DNA from: Amphiscolops sp. MND2022
Lineage: Eukaryota
NCBI GenBank assembly: GCA_964187785.1
Contig: OZ076409.1
Coordinates: 62,870,001 to 62,934,000 of the forward strand
Length of the DNA stretch: 64,000 nt
Direction: 5' to 3'
Under the pieces are notes generated by a model that saw nothing but the letters and a program-made list of their open reading frames with translations, was not told the DNA's origin and made no database searches. How positions within the stretch are numbered: the first letter of the stretch is position 1; the number at the start of each line of letters is the position of its first letter. Position numbers and translations under genes: made by a program. This document shows, piece after piece, positions 24,801 to 33,800 of this stretch.

Positions 24801-27800
24801 TTTGAATGTCATTTTAAAGATTGTGATGAGTAAAGACTTTGGTGAAAGGTATATTTTGTGGAAAAAATTTCAAAATCCGCCGAATTTGCAACAAGTTTTC
24901 TTCTTAACCTTAAGTTGGCCAGGAAAAATCTTGTTGCATCCAAAAATCAGGTGCTTCAACTTTAAACCGCGATATCTCCTGAACTATACAAGTCCGACAA
25001 ACGATTTATACAGCGTTCGAAAGAGGAGCATTGGGGCTTTCAAATCAATTTTTAAACTGCTGGGCTTGGGGCCCGCTAGCGCGGGCCCCTTGCGCGCAAA
25101 GTTTTTTGCGCGAAGTTCTCCGCTGGCGTGCGGCTTCGCCACACTGGCTCCGAACTTTGCGCCAAAACTTTGCACGCGTCGTGTCTCTGCTTGCTTTTCA
25201 ACATGTTTCAAAACATGCCGGGGACGCTTTGACCCAATGTTGATACCAGTGGGATAAAAGGGGCACAAACCAAAACTGGGAAAACGGAAAATCTGCACTT
25301 ATTTTTCTTTTGATTTTTTTGCGTCATTTTCTGGGTTTTGGAGACATCACGTCAATTTTCCGTGAAAAGGCGCCGAATGCTATGCAATATTGTCTGAAAC
25401 TCTTATTAAAGGTTTTGCTTTACCATACAATCAGCTGGTGCGTTAAGAATTTGCAGAAACAAAATGTGCCAAATTTGGCACATTGGCCAAGTTAAGGTTA
25501 ACGCGACGAAAATGAAAAGCTCAAAACTTGGCCTTAATGATGCAAAAACTCATTTCAGGACTTAAAACAACTGAAAAAGATAGCCTGAGCGCAATTTGAA
25601 AAATTTAGTATTTTTTTGTTAACCTTAAGTTGGCCAGGAAAAATCTTGTTGCATCCAAAAATCAGGTGCTTCAACTTTAAACCGCGATATCTCCTGAACT
25701 ATACAAGTCCGACAAACGATTTATACAGCGTTCGAAAGAGGAGCATTGGGGCTTTCAAATCAATTTTTAAACTGCTGGGCTTGGGGCCCGCTAGCGCGGG
25801 CCCCTTGCGCGCAAAGTTTTTTGCGCGAAGTTCTCCGCTGGCGTGCGGCTTCGCCACACTGGCTCCGAACTTTGCGCCAAAACTTTGCACGCGTCGTGTC
25901 TCTGCTTGCTTTTCAACATGTTTCAAAACATGCCGGGGACGCTTTGACCCAATGTTGATACCAGTGGGATAAAAGGGGCACAAACGAAAACTGGGAAAAC
26001 GGAAAATCTGCACTTATTTTTCTTTTGATTTTTTTGCGTCATTTTCTGGGTTTTGGAGACATCACGTCAATTTTCCGTGAAAAGGCGCCGAATGCTATGC
26101 AATATTGTCTGAAACTCTTATTAAAGGTTTTGCTTTACCATACAATCAGCTGGTGCGTTAAGAATTTGCAGAAACAAAATGTGCCAAATTTGGCACATTG
26201 GCCAAGTTAAGGTTAAAGTTCGTAATGTTTCCTATGATTAAAAGTTTATTATTTTCCGACCCCACATTTTATAAATGGGGGAGGAAAATCATGATCTGTG
26301 ACGCGTTTTTTTCCAAATTTTGCCAAATCTCCACAATCTCCACCTTTTGATTACTTGACTATTTTATATAGCTATTAGTAACTAAAATAGTCAAGTAACT
26401 AAAATAGCATACAGCGGGAATAATATCTAAAGTCAAAAAAGGGAATAAGATCTGAAGGGAATAAGATCTAAAATTTCAGGGCGGGAATAAGATATAAAAT
26501 CACTAAATTTTAGATCTTATTCTTTAGATCCTATTCCCCCCTCCCAAAATAGCTATGGCTCAGTTGGTGAAGGCGAACAGGGGGGCGGAAAATATCCCGG
26601 TGCTTAGCGGGCGTCTTGTAAATCATCGAATGATATTTTGTTTGTTTCAGAGGAAAAGCTGCTTATTCAAGTTCTGTATCTTTTGCAAATGGTGCTGCTA
26701 TTTCTCGCGCTGAGGGAGGAGAAAACCAAAATATGAATGGGAAGAAAATCTCTTCAAGCTACTTCATGACATATCACGTTGCCCTTAGGACTTCTGACGA
26801 TTTCACCGAGGCTTTAATCCAATCTCGTGCTTTGGCTGCTGAAATATCCAAAACCATCAACGCTCAAGTCTACCCTTATTCGTTAGTATAGCTATTTTTT
26901 GGTGAAAATATAATTTGCTGAATTATTTAAAATGTTTTGGACCATGTTTCTTATTCCCCATGGGGGATGTGAAACAAGGTTCAAATACCATTATGGCGAC
27001 ATTGGCTGAGATAAGAAATGTGGTCCACTAGCCAATTCGTTCGTGCGCTCATACTCCGAGACTAAATATTTTACCTAATGACAGTAGTTTTCACGTTCAC
27101 TGGACATGGTCGAGTTGGTTAGTTCCGTACTTTGCTATACGGTAAACCACCAGAGGTGTGATCGCTAACCATTTTATAGCTAATCGCTAACATCGCTAAT
27201 GGCCCGATTTCATCGCTATCGCTACAACAAAATGGGTTCGCTAACGCTATCGCTAATTAAAAAACTGATTTTCAAGATATTCATTTAAATTTCAGAAAGT
27301 TTTGAACTTTTTTTGAGAAAAGTCTAGTTCGCCTTGGGCAATATTTTTCAGCAGAATCATATTTTCAATCGTTCTCACTTTAACGGCATTGCATTCTGTT
27401 TAGCGAATGAAAATGTTCGCTAACGCCCTAATTTGTCGCTAACTATCGCTATCGCTAATTAATGCTGAATTGTCACTAACGCTATCGCTCTCGCTGTCAC
27501 ACCTCTGTAAACCACCGATTCGAACCTTGCTCTAAGCACGAACTTTTTGAACAGGCTCGTCAAATGCAATTTTCTGTATCTGCGGGCAAGGTGGAGCCTA
27601 TTTTGGTTCTCATTTGCTCTCAGCATCTATTTCTTGGGTTATAGCCCAAGATTCGGTTGCTTTCCTTTAAATTCAATAAAAATTGAAAATGTTCCTGAGA
27701 AATGTGTATGGAATTGAAAGGTTAACTTCCTGAAACTTTTACAGATTTTGATTTTATCCCGAAACGTGATATGGAAATATACTGATAGATGAACTTTTTG

Positions 27801-30800
27801 AAATTTTATTTGCAATTTTTTTTGCAGTTGCAGAAATATTAGGTAGTCCCGAAGGGGCCTATTCTAATGGAATAAGAGCATGTTTTAATGTGAAAACTTC
27901 AATCTAATGATGAAATATACCCTTTTCATATTGACTTCATAAATATTAGTTTTTTTTGCAGTATTTTAAAAACATGGGTGTTCCATAAAGGTCTCCGTCG
28001 AGTTTTCTGCATGATTCGAATACAATATACATGTACTGTCTACATTCAGCGTATGTTCATAATTGCTTTAGTACCCCGGCCATCCTTTGGTGATGAATGC
28101 CCTTCTCCACTAAGTCTTTATTCTGCACACCTGCCGTCTCGAGACTAAAGTCAAACTCTTGCCTACTTCTGCTAATGACCATCAATGTAAATTCAATTAG
28201 AAAATTATTGAAAGATTCCATGCACGTTTCCAGTATGTGCAACAGTGACTGAGTTGATGCAAGTTAAGCGGAGACGTCTGTCATAACGTAAACTCCAAAT
28301 TTCTATAAAAAGTATGAAATCAGCAAACGTTGGATTTTTTATGCAATGCTGATGATAGTTAAGTGATAGTTTATGAACGGTTATTTTTAGTCCGCGCTTT
28401 TTAGAACAAGCCGGCACCAGCCTAAGACGGTGCCATATATAAGGCTCAAAAATAGCAAAAGGGTTCAAAGTGTCAAAGTATTCTCTTCTACAGCACCCGA
28501 AAAAAAACTCTTACAATGCCGAAAAAACTGAAAGGTGGGACCTTTTAGTCTCGTCCGGTATTGTATGTTACGCGGGAAAAAAGGAAAAACCTTTTTGGTT
28601 CAGTTCCTTGGGCCAACAGGTACAATTTGGCGTCTTCTTAAAAAATTTTGTAGAACTTATGGTAGAACTCTTCTGGTCACTGCAGGTGTATCAAAAAACA
28701 CTGACGAAAAGCCATGACTATAGTCGACTCTTTTCTTAAGAAAAGCGCAGACTAAAAACGCGCACGTCTCGTACAATTTCATTTTTTCTTCAGTCACTCT
28801 GAAGCGTTAACATAAATTTTTAATAGAATTTTATAAATTTTGAATGAAAATGTGTCCCGCCGTTTGGCCCAGTGGTTAATTTTCAGGTCTGGCGACATAC
28901 CAATAATATTTAGGAATCCACCCAATTTTGGTTTTTCTGGGGAATGCTGTAAAAAAACCCAGTTTTCCTAGTCTCAAAGGTGACCTCTTAGATTTTTGGA
29001 CCTGTGAAACTGATGAGAATTTTCTCAATAATTGTGGAAAAGTCAGTTTTTGTCGGACTTTTTTTTCGAAAAAAATGTTCATTTAGTCTTCACTTTTAAA
29101 AATGTTTTCGGCTTTGAAAAAGCGTTTTACAAAATGGGCCTTTCGGGATTTTCTGCATTGAGACTTTCCGCAAGAAAATTTTCGAATTCTTTTGGAAAAT
29201 GTTTGGGTTTCGGGTTAGTGACAAGGTTGTTTTCAAGTCTTATGTCCTTCGGGTATTTTTTGGTACAGCAGATTTGATAAAAACTTTCACAAAAGTGTCC
29301 ATCCGCATATTTGAAACGCTTTACTCTGTTCGAACCTTGACCGGGCGCCGACTTGAATGAAATACAGAATAGTCTGACCAGGAGAAGTAATTATTTTTTT
29401 TCGCATGATCGTTTCCGGAAGAAGGCATATTTGTGATATAAATTACAGTCGCATTGAAACGAGCTATCAAATTTTGTTTTCGAAATGGGAATTAAATTTC
29501 CGGTGGACAAATATTTCATACTTAGTAAAATTTACATTTATACAATCATCAATATAGATACATACATAAGGTAATGGAACATAACGCTGTGTACCTAGGG
29601 ACAGTCACAGACACAATGCCCTTCTACACTACCCCTATTTTGATACATCTTTGAGAAAGTCCCGTTTTCGTAGGACTTCGAATTTTCATGGAGGGTATAT
29701 TGATTGAAGTACTTACGATCAAGACAAAAAAACAGTTTCGTTATATATTTTCGCACTAGAATATACGACTAGTGTTCCGGTGAATTACAAAACGAGGTGC
29801 AAACAATGTATAAAGATTTTCTCTTCAACATTGGTGACAGATATTAATCGGAACTACTAAAAAGGCAATGGAAAATTAAGTTCGGCGGCTCATGCAAGAA
29901 ATTTTCCAGTCCATTTTTGGGCCCTTGGGGATTTCTGACAAACCGACAAATCGTAGGACCTTTAGACAGGGGTCAAAATAGGAAAAACAGCAAAAAATTT
30001 TAAGAGCCTTAGAATAGTGAAAAAACGAAAGAAGAGCTGAAACGAAGGCACAACCCAAAATGGAACTTCTTTGAAGGTTGAAGCATGGTTGTCTTGGTGG
30101 TTAATATAGAGTACTATCAAGAATAGTATGTTGATTTTTTCAGTTCTGTTTATGGACATAAAATCTGACTAATCTTTTATCGAGTCTATTTTATCTTTAA
30201 ATTATCACATCATTAGCCTTAAATAAAGACTAGTTCACCAAAGGTACGAGATACGAGTTTTCGGCCAAAAATTGACTTTTCCACATTCTTTTCTGAATTT
30301 TCTCAACGTCTATACAATGATGTCCTCTCCCCACATATATTATGAAATCTGCTGCAGTCAGCACGTTCATTGTAACGCTTCAAACGGTTACAGGATTAGT
30401 GTTAACGAGGTTTTTTCGTCTTTCATCACGATATTTTGTCATGGAGATCTTTTTTTTTATTCAACGCCTTATTCAAATTCAAATTGTTTTTGTTGGTGAA
30501 AATTTGAGACTGCAAGTTGTTCAGGATAGGCTTCCTTCAAGCGGGTTTTTGCGCCCTTGGAAGTCTCTTCTGGTCATAAATTTATGTTTATTTACCAAAT
30601 GAATTAAATTATTATTATTATATTATATCATTTTTCGTCGGCGCGTGTCAATTTGTTTTTTGTTTAGTGTGTTTTACGTCTTCTACGAGCAATATCTGAC
30701 GATAGTGGAGGACACATTTCTGAACATGTCGCTCTCTTTGGTGTCCATCTTCCTGGTGACGTTCTTCTTCCTGGGTCTGGACTTCGCCTCTGCGCTGTTC

Positions 30801-33800
30801 GTGGGTCTCACCATCCTCATGATCATTGTGTCCATGTGTGGCATGATGTACCTCTGGGACATATCTCTCAACGCCATCTCACTCGTCAACCTAGTCATGG
30901 TCAGTATTAGTATTCTCACTCCCCATCTCTTCATTTGCAAAAAAAATGATTTAAAAAACAAATTGCCGTTCAACACGCTTTTGACACTTTCGCTGTGGAA
31001 AGCTTGTAGATGACATGTATTTCAGTTGGTTGAAGCAATCTGAAGTAGGGTTTATACCTGTTTACTCTGTCTACTGGGCACAGACAAGCCATTGGTTTCA
31101 AGAGTGAAGTTTTTGTGGAATAAATCAATCTATCGCGTATTTTGGTGACTGAAGTTTTTCTTGAATTGACGTGCAAAGTCATGTTATATCTGTTTTGAGC
31201 GTCTCTCCGATCTGTAACAGTGAATTAGTATATAAATTGTATGTGCTTTTCAGGCGGTGGGTATATCGGTGGAGTTCTGTGCGCACACAGTTCGGACATT
31301 TGCTGTGAACCCACACCCTTCGAGGCTACAGAGAGCCAAGGATTCGCTACTAGAGATGGGAAGCTCCGTAAGTATACAACATGTCTGTTACCGTATTTAT
31401 TTTTGAAAAACTGAAAACACTTCCATCTGAATAGCTATCTTATAGCATCAAGCCCTCATGTCTAAAATTTCACAAAAGAAAAAACGATCGATCTCAAGCC
31501 AAAAGCTTTGTCATTCATTCAAAATGGGTCTGTTTCGCATACCCCTTCGACGTCGAAAATTGACTCAACAAATTTGACGGCTACTAATTTTCCTGAAGTT
31601 TGATCAATCACAGAATGAAATTTTTACTCTTGTTTTTTTTCAACGTGGGCTTTTAAAATCTTCATTTTTTTCAGGTGTTGAGTGGAATAACGTTGACTAA
31701 GTTGGGCGGGATAATAGTGCTGGCCTTCTCCCGCTCACAGCTGTTCAAGGTGTTCTACTTCCGAATGTATCTGTGTGTCGTCATTTTCGGGGCAGCTCAT
31801 GGCCTCGTGTTCCTCCCCGTGCTCCTTAGCTACATTGGTCAGTCATCTCTACATCATACAGCTTGCTTCACTGGAATCATGTATTATTTTAAGAATCTTG
31901 CTACTTTCGTGTAACAACATAATTCGAGATGATCACGAAGGCATGTTTTGTAACTTGTATTCCATGTTCATTCGTCAGGTCGAGTTTCATTGGCTGTAAC
32001 AGCCGGCCTAAAACAAAAATTTGTGTGTGATATTTGAAAAGTGTTTCCAGATAATTCTGGCTTGTATTTCATTTGATCAGCACGAACTTGCACAGGATGT
32101 TGTGATATAGCCTCAGCCCTATTTTGTAGAATCGAAGAAAGTTGAAAAGTTTTTATCAACCTTTAACAGTTAATCATTCGAAACTTCGCACATTGTGAAA
32201 TGTAACAGTATCTACTGATGGCTGCCTGCATAAACTTGTCTAAATTGGGAGTTTATTGGTTAGGAAAGCAAAAAGCGTCTCATTCGAAAGAGCTTCTTCC
32301 AGCTATTACTCATAATTTAGAAGTATTTTCGTTGTATGTATCATCATTATTTCATTGAATGGACCAGACCGTACGAGGTTGAAGAAAAAAGTGACCTTAT
32401 TTCTTGAAAATTTTTCAAGTTCAAATTAAATTTAAATCCTTTGTCATTATTTGCTTAGTTTTATTTTGTTCAGTTTTGTAGGATGACAACTATGTAATTA
32501 ACGCTTTATTTGTTAGGTTGGTCATCGCGAAGTTTTAACTGCAAATTGTTTAAAACTTCCGTTGCTTCTCGGTCTGTCGGCGCATCGAGAACAGAACCGA
32601 ACCCCATGTTAGAAATCCTACTCAACGGTGACTGCACACAGCCCATCAGTAACCATAAATACAATCTAATTTCAAAGGGGTTTGTTTTTCAAGCTCTCGA
32701 GAAGGCTTCATCCAATTTACCTTTTCAATCACAAAATAGACAGATGTGAGTTCATTTGCAATGTACGAAAACTGAAACAAGAAACGAAGCTTTGAGCCTA
32801 CTGATTTTAATCCCGAAAACGTTGGGTTTCGGCTGTGCAGATAAGTTTGCACAAAGAACCGCTCGTATTCAAAAACGGCTCCTACTTTTGAACTAGCCGT
32901 TAAAAACAATTTCACGACAATAAATAAAAGGCTGTTGTAATAGCTCGTCTTCGTATTGACTAATATCCGGCAGGTGAACTTTTCAAGTTGGTGCTGACGT
33001 TTTAATAGGGGGTGGCTATTTCAGGAATAATATGCTATCTGTATGCATCTGCGTAAGAAAGCTATTTACAAGTAAATTCATTTTCGGAGCCTATATGAAT
33101 TTGAAAAAAAACGAAGCCTAGATTAAAACGAAGCTGTGTAAATTGAATTCTTTCGTTAAAAATGTTAATCTACAAATGCGCATTAGCTTCAATTTGTTGG
33201 AAGTGACTCACTTGTATCTTTCGTGTTTGAAAAGGTATTTTAGTCTCAGATTGATTCCATCTCAAATTGACATCAACTGTTTATATCCGCGTAATTGCCT
33301 AAATTTTAAGATCTATTGCTAACGAACAACACTTATTCATCCTTTTAATGGTTAATCTGGTTGATAATAACTTTCATATAACTAGATACTGTTCCTTTTC
33401 CTTTTCGTCAATATCCGTGGTTTTCCTTCAACCGTAACGTTTTTTTTTTGCCGAGATGTCACGCATTTGCTTTTTAAAATCTAATTTGCGTTCGGGAATA
33501 GCTTAAAAAGCGCATTCTTTGAATTCGAAATTCAAAAATCTTCAAAGGCCTCATCAAATGTTTAAGCCTTTAATTGTTAAAGCGAAATTCTGTTTGATTT
33601 TTTTTTTCATGAACGAGATGCGCGTTATTTTTTCCATGTATAGCACGCACAAACGCGTTTGTTTCTCATCCAGCAATCTCCCCTGTGCAATGGCTTGAAG
33701 TCGCTTTTATTGAGTTATGAGTGAGCATTTTGAAAAACTGAAAATCATCTGTTTTGCTTCACTTTTTAGTACTAAGTTTCTCGTTAATCACTCCGATTTA

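Noticed and set aside
24658..26210. Duplicated ORFs of 61-199 aa
   Set aside because: They lie in the GC-rich palindromic MITE copies and have no transposase motifs.
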